A DNA stretch of 64,000 nucleotides, from positions 18,372 through 82,371 of the forward strand of contig DATAUL010000324.1 of assembly GCA_036268255.1 (NCBI GenBank), read 5' to 3'. This document shows, piece after piece, positions 19,635 through 28,436 of the stretch. The DNA is from Solirubrobacteraceae bacterium. GTDB lineage: Bacteria; Actinomycetota; Thermoleophilia; Solirubrobacterales; Solirubrobacteraceae. A model generated the notes under the pieces. That model did no database searches and was not told the DNA's origin. It saw only the letters and a program-made list of their open reading frames with translations. The position numbers and the translations under genes were made by a program. Position 1 is the stretch's first letter. The number at the start of each line of letters is the position of its first letter.

Positions 19635-21183
19635 GAAGGCAGGTGGGCGACACCGAGGACGCCCTGGTAGATCCAGTCTCCAGTCGCGCTTAACGAAGCT
19701 GGTCGCCATAGAGGACGGGCCAGAGATCTTTCCACCGCTCCTGGAGAAAGTCGCGCAATGACGCGTTGGCCTGGCTGGCGTCGAGATGGTCGAGTTCGTG
19801 CATCACGCCGGCCGCCCGGTAGATGCAGAATCCTCCCTGGCACGGCCCCATGGCGAGACGCAGCCGCCGGCGGATGTCGTCGAGCACCGTGCTGGCGGTG
19901 TCGTTCAGTGCATCCTTGAGCTTGGCCAAGGGCACCAGCTCGCACTCGCAGATCATCTGCTCGCTGACGAGCGCCGCCTCCTTGCGAGCGAGCCTGGCGC
20001 CGAGCCGGTAGTTCTCCCCGGACTCAGAGCCCGGCAGCGGCTCGGTGTCGGTCGTGCAAGCACGCTCCACTCCGAGCTTGCGGCAGACCGCGTCGACGGT
20101 GTCCTGGGCCATGAGACGGAACGTGGTCAGCTTGCCGCCGGTGATCGTGACAAAGCGGTCGACGTCGTCGCGCTGCGCGTGATCGAGGAGTGCGTGGGCG
20201 CGGGTCACGTCGCGAGACGAACTGTCGTCGGCCTTCGCGTCTTCGAAGAGCGGACGCACGCCGGCCCAGACGCGCAATGCACGTCCATCGCGCAGGCCGG
20301 GAACGAGCTTCTCGCCTTCGGTGAGCATCGCGTCGATCTCCTGCTGCGGCACCGTTTCGTCGTCCGGGTTGTCGGTGTTCTGGTCGGTCGTGCCGACGAC
20401 CGAGACGGTGCGGATGGGGACGATGATGTCCCCGTCGGTCGGCATCTGGCAGCGGTTGACGACGGTGTTGAGGACTCGATGTCCCAGGGCGACCATGATC
20501 CCGCGGCCGGGCAGGATCCTCACTCCGTCGATGCCCGCCAAAGAGGCGACGCGGCCGGCCCAGGCCCCGGTCGCGTTGACCGTGACGGCCGCTTCAATCT
20601 CACGCTCCTCTCCAGTGCGCACGTCCCGCACGCGAGCGCCGCTGACCGCCGCACCGTCATGCCGGATCGCGACCACATCGTGGTAGGGCAGGATCTCCGC
20701 GCCGCGGCCGCGGGCGCCGCGGGTCATCGCCCACACCGTCTTCCAGACGTCGATGTTCGCGTCGGGGACCTGAAAGGCCCGGGAGATACCGGGGTTGAGA
20801 CGTGGCTCGCGGCGCAGAGCCTCCCCCGGGTCGATCTCCTCGCAGTCGACGCCCGTCGCCGCGCAGCCCGCAACCAGCCGATCGGCGAAGGCCGGATCGT
20901 CGTGCGGTGTGGTCACGAACAGCCCACCGGTGTCCTCCACGCAATCCGCGGCGACGCGTCTGACGATGCGGTTCTCCGCGACGCATTCCCGCGCCGCATT
21001 GGGATCCTTGACCGCGTAACGGCCGCCCGAATGCAGCAGGCCGTGAAAGCGGCCGCTGGTGCCCTCCGCAAGATCCTTGCGCTCGACGAGAATGACGGAC
21101 AGCCCGCGCAACGTCGCGTCCCAGGCAACACCGACTCCGGTGGCGCCACCGCCGATCACGAGCAGGTCCGCGGTCCGCGTCAC
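19631..21183 (-). pseudogene. glpA: Glycerol-3-phosphate dehydrogenase subunit A with premature TAA and frameshift in the last ~20 codons
   Basis: GGGATG, GTSGRFHGLLHSGGRY, GGKLTT, CECE and GPCQGGFC; tail DWIYQGVLGV out of frame after TAA at 19690. Confidence 0.85.
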
Positions 21184-21219
21184 GGGACCAGCCTAACCCC
21201 ATAGGGGTAGCCTGACCAC
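21184..21219. promoter_or_regulatory. Symmetric divergent leaderless promoters
   Basis: TAGGCT-N6-GTG (minus, glpA) and TAGCCT-N6-GTG (plus, tetR) around ACCCC-ATA-GGGGT. Confidence 0.6.
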
Positions 21220-21882
21220 GTGGCCGAAGTGTCCGAGGCACCCAGGCGCCGAATCACTGCGCGTGGCGCCGCGACTCGCGATCGCATCGTCATGACGGCG
21301 AATCAGCTCATGCTCAGGCAGGGCGTGGCCTCCACGACCTACGAGGAGATCAAGGTCGCCTCGGGCGTCAGCAAGTCCCAGCTCTACTTCCACTTCCCTG
21401 ACAAGGACCTCCTGGTGGAAGCCGTTGTCCGGGCCCGCGCGGCCCTCGTCATCGCGCGTGAGGAACGTCAGCTTGGGCGGCTGAACTCGATCCGGGGCCT
21501 GGAGCGGTGGCGTGATGCGCTCGTCCAGACCAACGCGGCCGACAACTCCACGTTCGGCTGCGGGATCGGCGCGCTCGCTTCGGAGCTGGCCGACCGTGAC
21601 GACGAGGCCCGGGAGGTTCTGCAGGAGACGTTCGTGCGCTGGCAGGGCCTCATCGAGACAGGCCTTGAACGGATGCGTGAGGCGGGCAGGCTTCGCAAGG
21701 AAGCAGATCCGCGCAAGCTCTCGGTCGGCCTGCTCGCGGCGCTGCAGGGTGGCTACCTGCTCGCGCAAGCCGCACGCGACAGCGAGCCGATGAAGGTGGC
21801 GCTCGACATGGCGATCGATCACGTCCGCGGCTTCGCGACCGAGCGCCCGGCGCCCGCCAAAAAGCGCACCAAGAGCGGGTAG
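21220..21882 (+). CDS. TetR/AcrR-family regulator
   Basis: SGVSKSQLYFHFPDKDLL and GCGIGALASEL. Confidence 0.9.
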   Translation: MAEVSEAPRRRITARGAATRDRIVMTANQLMLRQGVASTTYEEIKVASGVSKSQLYFHFPDKDLLVEAVVRARAALVIAREERQLGRLNSIRGLERWRDALVQTNAADNSTFGCGIGALASELADRDDEAREVLQETFVRWQGLIETGLERMREAGRLRKEADPRKLSVGLLAALQGGYLLAQAARDSEPMKVALDMAIDHVRGFATERPAPAKKRTKSG

Positions 21883-22079
21883 CCTCCGCCCGCTCGCCAG
21901 GGCTCACGATCTCCGTGGAGCGATCGCATTGGGCGTCGCCGTCCAATTATGATGCGAGCAACCGAGCGCACCGAGCAACCGCGCGCGCCGGGTGGGGCAG
22001 ACCGGTGACGAGGTGCCGGGTGTCGGTTCCCTGAGGTTGTCCCTCGCTCATCGTGAGTGTCGGCGTACTGTCACGTTGA

Positions 22080-22889
22080 TCAGGCATCACGGTGCGCCAC
22101 CCGGATCGATGCGGCTCCCAGGGCGATGGCGGCGTATGCCGCGAGGACGCCAATCGCGGCGGTCGGCGCGAGGAGCCCGGTCGAGCGGTGCACGGTGACG
22201 GCCGCTTGGGCCGCGATTCCGGGCACGTATTGACGCCAGCCGGCGGGAAGCAGCTGGCCGAGGGTGAGTCCGCCGACGACGAGCAGGACCAGGGTGGTCG
22301 TTGCGCCGGCGGTGTGACGGACGATGCCGGCAACGCCGACCCCGATGACGGCGACCAGGCTGACGGCCAATGCACCGAAGAGCATGGCGCGCAGAACACC
22401 GGGGTCGCCGAGCGCCACTTGCAGGTGCTTGCTGGCGAGGAGGTGCTGGCCGAGCGCGAAGCCGGCGGCCTCACAGACCAGAGTGATAGGGAAGACGAAC
22501 GCCGCCACGGTCGCGGCCTTGGCCGCCAGCACCAGTCTCCTGGCGGGTATCGCCGTGAAGGTGGAGCGGATCATTCCAGTCGAGTACTCGCCGGTGACGG
22601 CCCGCACGCCGAGCGCGCCGAGGATCACTGCCGCGAGCATCACCCCGCTGAGTGAGGTGCTGGTGGGATCAAACACGCCACGCTGCTGGGCGCTCATGGC
22701 GTGCCATTCGCTCAGTTGAATCGCGACGACGGCGACAGACCAGCCGACGGCGACGACGACGGCCGCGATGGCGGTGCGCCAGGTGGAGGGCAGGGTGCGA
22801 AGCTTCGTCCACTCCGCTTTGAGGGTCTTGCGGACGGTGGCGGCTCGAACCGTCCGGGCCGGGGCAGTGGGGTAGGTGGTGGCGCTCAT
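22080..22889 (-). CDS. ABC-2 exporter permease
   Basis: AEWTKLRTLPST and TGEYSTGMIRSTFTAIP. Confidence 0.9.
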   Translation of the reverse strand: MSATTYPTAPARTVRAATVRKTLKAEWTKLRTLPSTWRTAIAAVVVAVGWSVAVVAIQLSEWHAMSAQQRGVFDPTSTSLSGVMLAAVILGALGVRAVTGEYSTGMIRSTFTAIPARRLVLAAKAATVAAFVFPITLVCEAAGFALGQHLLASKHLQVALGDPGVLRAMLFGALAVSLVAVIGVGVAGIVRHTAGATTTLVLLVVGGLTLGQLLPAGWRQYVPGIAAQAAVTVHRSTGLLAPTAAIGVLAAYAAIALGAASIRVAHRDA

Positions 22890-22890
22890 G

Positions 22891-23820
22891 TCATGCTCCT
22901 TGGGTGGCGTCGGTCAGCTCGCCGGCGCGGTAGTCGGTTTCGTCTCGCGTCAAGTCGAAGAACGCCTCCTCGAGCGTCGCCGCACGCGCGGACAACTCGA
23001 ACAGGGTGATGTCGTGTGCGGAAGCGATCCCGCCAATCGCCAAGCAGTCCAAACCAGTGACAAGCAGCGCGCCGTCGGCGGAGCGCTCGACCTGACCGTC
23101 GCGCCGGGTGAGCGCGTCGGCCAGTTCGGTCTGCTGCACGGCCCGCACCCTGACACTCGAGGCGGAGCTCCGGTTGATGAACTCCTCGGTGCTGGTATCG
23201 GCGATGATGCGCCCCCGGCCGATGACCAGGAGGTGATCGGCGGTTTGGGCCATCTCGCTCATCAGATGGCTGGAGAGGAACACCGTCCGCCCCTGGGCGG
23301 CCAGGCTCTTCATGAGCTCGCGGATCCAGAGGATGCCGTCGGGGTCCAACCCGTTGACCGGCTCGTCGAGGATCACCGTCTCGGGATCACCCAGGAGCGC
23401 GGCGGCGATGCCGAGCCGCTGGCTCATGCCGAGCGAGAAGGTGCCCACCCGCTGCCCAGCGACATCGCTGAGTCCCGCGATGTCGAGCACTTCGCTGACG
23501 CGTCGGCGATCGAGGCCGTTGCTGTCGGCCAGCCACTTGAGGTGGTTTGCGGCGCTACGACCTCCGACGATGGCCTTGGCGTCCAAGAGCGCTCCAACCC
23601 ATCTGAGCGGGTCGTCCAGCTCGTGATACGGCCTGCCGTTGACCAGGATCGAGCCGGAGCTCGGCGCGTCCAGGCCCAGGATCATTCGCATGGTGGTCGA
23701 CTTGCCGGCCCCGTTTGGACCCAGGAAGCCAGTCACCCGGCCGGGTTTCACTGCGAAAGACACTTCGTCGACCGCGACGGTCCTGCCGTAGCGCTTGGTG
23801 AGGTGCTGCGCCTCGATCAT
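22891..23820 (-). CDS. ABC exporter ATP-binding protein
   Basis: GPNGAGKST, FSLGM and ILDEP. Confidence 0.95.
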   Translation of the reverse strand: MIEAQHLTKRYGRTVAVDEVSFAVKPGRVTGFLGPNGAGKSTTMRMILGLDAPSSGSILVNGRPYHELDDPLRWVGALLDAKAIVGGRSAANHLKWLADSNGLDRRRVSEVLDIAGLSDVAGQRVGTFSLGMSQRLGIAAALLGDPETVILDEPVNGLDPDGILWIRELMKSLAAQGRTVFLSSHLMSEMAQTADHLLVIGRGRIIADTSTEEFINRSSASSVRVRAVQQTELADALTRRDGQVERSADGALLVTGLDCLAIGGIASAHDITLFELSARAATLEEAFFDLTRDETDYRAGELTDATQGA

Positions 23821-23874
23821 TGTCTGACCTTTCCTCGAATGCTTGATCGGTGCAGCGAAGCCTCCGGTCGGGGC

Positions 23875-23902
23875 CTGAGGTACGGCTGACGCGGCGCTGA
23901 GG
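23875..23902 (-). promoter_or_regulatory. Triple SARP-type direct repeat upstream of the ABC operon
   Basis: CTGA(G/C)G at 23875, 23886 and 23897 (11-bp period). Confidence 0.7.
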
Positions 23903-23933
23903 TGGCCCGGCAGCGAGGGCGTACGGTGGACGT

Positions 23934-26900
23934 ATGGAGGTGCGGCTATTCGGTGAGCTCGAAGCGGTTCGAGATGGAGTCGCGGTGCCGGTCCGCGGCG
24001 CCAAGCAGCGGGCGCTGCTGGCGTTGCTGGCCCTGCATCGTGGGAAGCCGGTCAGCGTCGATCGCCTGATCGACAACCTGTGGGACGAGGGGCAGGTGAC
24101 GAACCCGGCCAACGCGTTGCAGGCTCAGATCGGCCAGCTGCGCCGCAGCTTGGGAACGGCGGCGATCGTCACCACCGAGGCGGGCTACGCCCTCGAGGTC
24201 GGTCCCGACGACGTCGATGTCGTCCGGTTTGAGAAGCTCGTGGCCACCGGACGGCGCCTCGTCGAGCAGGGCGAGGTCGCTCTGGCGTCAACCACGTTGG
24301 GTGAGGCACTGGCGCTGCGGCGGGGAGAGCCGCTGGCCGAGTTCGCGTATGCCGGTTTCGCTGACGTCGACCGGGCGCACCTGGACGAGCTGATCGTGGT
24401 GGCGGTCGAGGCTCGCGCCGGAGCGGATCTCGCGCTCGGGCTCCACGGGGAGTTGGTTGAGGAGCTGGAGGCTCTGTGCCGGGACCATCCGCTGCGCGAG
24501 CGGCTGTGGGAGCTGCTCATCCTCGCCCTGTACCGGGGCGGGCGGCAGGCCGAGGCACTGAGCGCCTATACCCAAGCGCGCGACCGGTTGGTCGAGGAGC
24601 TGGGCATCGAACCCGGCCCCGCCCTGAGAGAGCTGCAGGCCCGCGTCCTGGCCCAGGATCCCGCGCTCACGCTGCCCGGCACCCCGCCACCACGCGTGGC
24701 GGGCGCGACGATGGCGGCCGGGAACCTGCGAGCGCAGCTGAGCAGATTCATCGGCCGAGACGCCGAGCTGGAGCAGCTCTGCGCAGCAGTCCGCTCTCAC
24801 CGACTGGTGACGCTGATCGGCCCGGGCGGCGCGGGCAAGACACGCCTGGCGGTGGAGGCGGCCGCCGTTCTCCGCGACGAGCACCGGGACGGCGCCTGGC
24901 TGGTCGAGCTGGCCGACGTCGCCGAACCCGACGGGGTGGGACCGGCCGCCGCCGTCGCACTCCAGGCAAGCGCGTCTGCCGTCCCTGGCACTCAGCCCGC
25001 GGGCTCGACCGTCGAGCTCATTGCGCGCCACCTGGCCGGGCGGTCATTGGTGGTCGTCCTCGACAACTGCGAACACGTCATCGACCAAGCGGCTGTCCTG
25101 GGCGAGGCGCTGGTCGGCGCGGTGAACGGTGTGCGGGTGATCGCGACCAGCCGGGAGCCGCTTGGCGTCTCCGGTGAGGTCCTGGTGGACGTGGGAGGCT
25201 TGGCCCAACCGGCGGCCGTCGAGCTGTTCGTTGACCGCGCGCGAGCGGTCCGACCCGGTTTCGCTGCCGACGATCACACCCGTCCGGTCATCGAGGACAT
25301 CTGTCGCCGATTGGATGGCCTTCCGCTGGCCGTCGAGCTCGCGGCCGCCCGACTCCGTGCGCTGACGCTGGCCACGGTGGCCGAACGTCTGGAGGACCGC
25401 TTCCGGCTGCTCACCGGGGGTGCCCGCACTGCCCTCCCGCGCCAGCAAACCCTGCGTGCGGTGGTGGACTGGAGCTACGACCTGCTCTTCGACGACGAGC
25501 GCCGCCTGTTCGCACGACTTGCCGTGTTCGCCGGAGGATGCGAGCTGACCTCGGCTGAGGCCGTCTGCGCCGACGACGACGTTCCGCGCGAAGAGATCCT
25601 GGACCTACTCAGCCGACTGGTCGACAAGTCGCTTCTCACCGCCACGGACAACGGCGGCGAGACCCGATTCGCCCAGCTGCAGACGCTGTGGCAGTACGGA
25701 CGCGAACGCCTCGGCGAATCGGGCGAAGCAGGCGCCGTACGCGCCCGCCATGGCGCCTACTACCGGCAGATGGCGCTGGACGCCAACCAGGGTCTGCGAG
25801 GCCGCACCGGACTGATGTGGCGCGATCGTCTCACCGTGGAGACGGGCAACCTGCGGACCGCGCTGGATTGGTTCATCGCGACCGGCGATCCCGACGCCGC
25901 GTTGTCACTGACATCGGGGATTGCCTGGCTGTGGTGGATCAATACGGACTTCGCGGAGGGGGCACGCTGGCTCGATGACGCCCTCGAGGTGAAGGGGGAT
26001 CGCCGAGTCGAGCTCGCCGCGACGGCCCACGGCTGGCACGGCTATTGCGTTGGGATGTCCTCCAGCCCGGCGGCGGGCGCCATCGAGTGCGCGGAGGCCG
26101 TGGCGCAGCTCCGGGGCAGCGACGACCGCGGGCGCCTGGCGGAGCTACTGGTGCTGTGCGCGACCGTACTGGTGCGCACGCACGAGTACGCACGATCACT
26201 CGAGATGTTGGGGGAGGCTCACGACTTGCTGGAGCCGGATGGGCACCGCTGGCTCCTCGGCGCACACGACCTGATCGTCGCGTGGAACCTGGCGTCGCTC
26301 GGACGGCCACAGGACGCGGAGCCGGCCGCACGTTCCAGCCTCAAACACTTCGAGGCCGAAGGAGATGATCTGTTGGTCGTCTCTCCGCTCAACGCGCTCG
26401 CCGGCATTGCGGAGGCTCGAGGCGACCTCAATGCGGCCTCGGCCGCCTATGAAACCCTCCTCGATCGATGCCGCGCGACCGGACAGCGCCTGTACGTGCC
26501 GTTCGCTCTGGTCGCGCTCGCCGGACTGCGGGCCAGGCAGGGCGACGACGCACTCGCCGACCGCCTGTACGGCGAGGCGATCGGGATCTGCGTCCACCCG
26601 TGGCTCTCAGCCGACGCGATGATCGGTCAGGCCGCGGTCGCCCGTCGCCTCGGAGACCTGACGCGGGCACGGACGCTGCTCGAGGCCGCTGATAGTCAGT
26701 ACCGAGAGGCAGGCCTCCCCGCCGGCCAGCCCCTGGTGCTCGCCGGCTTGGCCTGGTGGGCGCTCGCCGCTGGCCACCCGGACGACGCCACCGTCTTCGC
26801 CGCCGCCGCCCAAGCCGCCGCCGCTCGTGGAGATCTTGCCGTTCGCGGCGCCGCCCGACCGCAGCTGGCTGACGCCGCCCAAGCCGCCTCCGCGGGCGCA

Positions 26901-27092
26901 GACCCGGCGACTCAACTCCTGGCGGACACCGCCGTCGCCGCAGCCAAGGCGATCGCCGTCCCCACCGCTGTCAACGTCACAGCATTCCTCGCCCTCGCTC
27001 AGCGGCGCGCCTCCGGACCGGCCTACCGCTCTCTCGTCGATGAGCCAGACGTCGCCGCGCTCGCAGTCCGCCTCGCGGCGCCGACCCGCTGA
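23934..27092 (+). CDS. AfsR/SARP-family regulator (OmpR-wHTH, BTAD, NB-ARC ATPase, TPR)
   Basis: HPLRERLW BTAD, GPGGAGKTRL, LDNCEH and LDGLPLAVELAA; leaderless TACGGT-N6-ATG. Confidence 0.95.
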   Translation: MEVRLFGELEAVRDGVAVPVRGAKQRALLALLALHRGKPVSVDRLIDNLWDEGQVTNPANALQAQIGQLRRSLGTAAIVTTEAGYALEVGPDDVDVVRFEKLVATGRRLVEQGEVALASTTLGEALALRRGEPLAEFAYAGFADVDRAHLDELIVVAVEARAGADLALGLHGELVEELEALCRDHPLRERLWELLILALYRGGRQAEALSAYTQARDRLVEELGIEPGPALRELQARVLAQDPALTLPGTPPPRVAGATMAAGNLRAQLSRFIGRDAELEQLCAAVRSHRLVTLIGPGGAGKTRLAVEAAAVLRDEHRDGAWLVELADVAEPDGVGPAAAVALQASASAVPGTQPAGSTVELIARHLAGRSLVVVLDNCEHVIDQAAVLGEALVGAVNGVRVIATSREPLGVSGEVLVDVGGLAQPAAVELFVDRARAVRPGFAADDHTRPVIEDICRRLDGLPLAVELAAARLRALTLATVAERLEDRFRLLTGGARTALPRQQTLRAVVDWSYDLLFDDERRLFARLAVFAGGCELTSAEAVCADDDVPREEILDLLSRLVDKSLLTATDNGGETRFAQLQTLWQYGRERLGESGEAGAVRARHGAYYRQMALDANQGLRGRTGLMWRDRLTVETGNLRTALDWFIATGDPDAALSLTSGIAWLWWINTDFAEGARWLDDALEVKGDRRVELAATAHGWHGYCVGMSSSPAAGAIECAEAVAQLRGSDDRGRLAELLVLCATVLVRTHEYARSLEMLGEAHDLLEPDGHRWLLGAHDLIVAWNLASLGRPQDAEPAARSSLKHFEAEGDDLLVVSPLNALAGIAEARGDLNAASAAYETLLDRCRATGQRLYVPFALVALAGLRARQGDDALADRLYGEAIGICVHPWLSADAMIGQAAVARRLGDLTRARTLLEAADSQYREAGLPAGQPLVLAGLAWWALAAGHPDDATVFAAAAQAAAARGDLAVRGAARPQLADAAQAASAGADPATQLLADTAVAAAKAIAVPTAVNVTAFLALAQRRASGPAYRSLVDEPDVAALAVRLAAPTR

Positions 27093-27102
27093 ACCGGTCG
27101 CC

Positions 27103-27129
27103 CTCAGCATCACCTCAGCGCCGGCTCAG
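27103..27129 (+). promoter_or_regulatory. Triple SARP-type direct repeat
   Basis: CTCAG at 27103, 27114 and 27125 (11-bp period), then CACCCT-N7-ATG27153. Confidence 0.7.
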
Positions 27130-27152
27130 GCCGCCCGGCCACCCTGGTCACC

Positions 27153-27659
27153 ATGGACCCAACCCCAGGCGAACCCCGCAGCCATCAGGATCGTCCGGCC
27201 GAGGCGGGACCGGCGGTCGAGGACCACGGCCGAGTGGTCACCGCAAACCGGCGGGCCGCCGCGTTCTATCGCCAGGCCCAGCGGGCGACCGATGCACACC
27301 AGGCAATGACGGCACTGCGCCTCACGATCGACGCCGACCCGGCCTTCGCACTGGCCATCGCCGACCTCAACGCCATCGCCGGAACGGCGGGCCGGCTCGC
27401 CAATCACCAGCAGTTGAGCTGGGAACGCCACCACATCGAGGTGGTCCGCAGCGCCGCCTCAGGAGATGGCGCGCGAGCCGCCGGTCTCCTGCGCGAACAC
27501 CTTGCCAGCGTCGGCTGCGACCCGCTCGCCGTTCACATCGTCGCCCAGCTGCGGCAACCCGGCGGGCACGACGACGACCTCGAAGACCTCACCTGCCGAC
27601 TCCCCGGCTGCCACCTGGCCCGGTGGCCACCGATCCCGGACGCCGATCGCGAGGGATGA
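27153..27659 (+). CDS. Hypothetical helical protein resembling the N-terminus of TTC38-like TPR proteins
   Basis: DADPAFALA...ERHHIEV...HLAS..DPLA pattern. Confidence 0.55.
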   Translation: MDPTPGEPRSHQDRPAEAGPAVEDHGRVVTANRRAAAFYRQAQRATDAHQAMTALRLTIDADPAFALAIADLNAIAGTAGRLANHQQLSWERHHIEVVRSAASGDGARAAGLLREHLASVGCDPLAVHIVAQLRQPGGHDDDLEDLTCRLPGCHLARWPPIPDADREG

Positions 27660-27725
27660 TGAAGCGCACCGCACTGATGCGCAGCCGTCCGAGCACCGCG
27701 ATCGACGGCCTCGCCGTCACCGGTC

Positions 27726-28436
27726 TCAAGGGAACGGATAGTCGAGGGTTGGAAGCCACTCGCTCCACACCGCTCGATGGCTCCCATCCGCAATCAGCCC
27801 AGCGAGTGCCCGGTCAAGCGCCGCGCGCAGATCCGGCCGGTTCTTCGCGACCGCGATGCCCCAGCGGTTGCCGGTCTTCACCGTGAAGGCGAGCTCGAAA
27901 TCAGGATCGGTCTCGCCCAGCGGCACGAACACCACATCGTCATCGACGACCGCATCGACGTCACCTGTCCGGAGCGCGGCCAGCATGTCGGCGTACACGT
28001 CATCGGAGCCATCGGCGCCGAACGGAACCAGCACGGCGGCAGTGAACGTCTCGGCGAGCGCCAGGTTCGTGCTCGCTTCGATCGCGGCGACTCGTCGTCC
28101 CGAGAGGTCGCCGGCGTCACCGATTCCAGACCCACGCCGGACGAGCACGCCTTCGTGGAAGACCGCGTACGGCCGGGTGAAGTCGACCGCTGCGCGCCGC
28201 TGCTCGGTGATGCCCTGCCCGCAGAGGACGGCGTCGGCATGCCCGGAGTTGACCGCGGGGATCATCTCCGGCCATGCAAGTGGAACCCACCGCACCGGTC
28301 GCTCGAGGCGAGATCCGATGAGCTCGGCCAGAGCCGGCTCGAAACCTCGGCGGCCGCCGGCGCTGGAGATCGGGGTGAACAACGGCGGCGCGTCGGAGTC
28401 GATGCAGGCCAGCCGGAGCTCCTCGCCGGGGCTCAT
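27726..28436 (-). CDS. Polar amino-acid SBP (family 3) fold protein without signal peptide
   Basis: GITEQRRAAVDFTRPY and GDVDAVVDD; ATGA-coupled to the GS-like gene. Confidence 0.85.
   Translation of the reverse strand: MSPGEELRLACIDSDAPPLFTPISSAGGRRGFEPALAELIGSRLERPVRWVPLAWPEMIPAVNSGHADAVLCGQGITEQRRAAVDFTRPYAVFHEGVLVRRGSGIGDAGDLSGRRVAAIEASTNLALAETFTAAVLVPFGADGSDDVYADMLAALRTGDVDAVVDDDVVFVPLGETDPDFELAFTVKTGNRWGIAVAKNRPDLRAALDRALAGLIADGSHRAVWSEWLPTLDYPFP

Noticed and set aside
19786-21204. Long antisense ORFs (this 472-aa one; also 27777-28865, 32091-33317, 42656-44101, 45194-46291)
   Set aside because: Shadow frames of real genes in high-GC DNA; they carry no motifs or RBS.
26804-26888. 16-bp direct repeat 69 bp apart inside the SARP gene as an insertion footprint
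   Set aside because: In-frame and within Ala-rich low-complexity GCC sequence; slippage or chance is sufficient.
23934-27092. Avs/NLR-like defence STAND ATPase
   Set aside because: The N-terminal wHTH-BTAD and the flanking SARP boxes identify it as a transcription activator.
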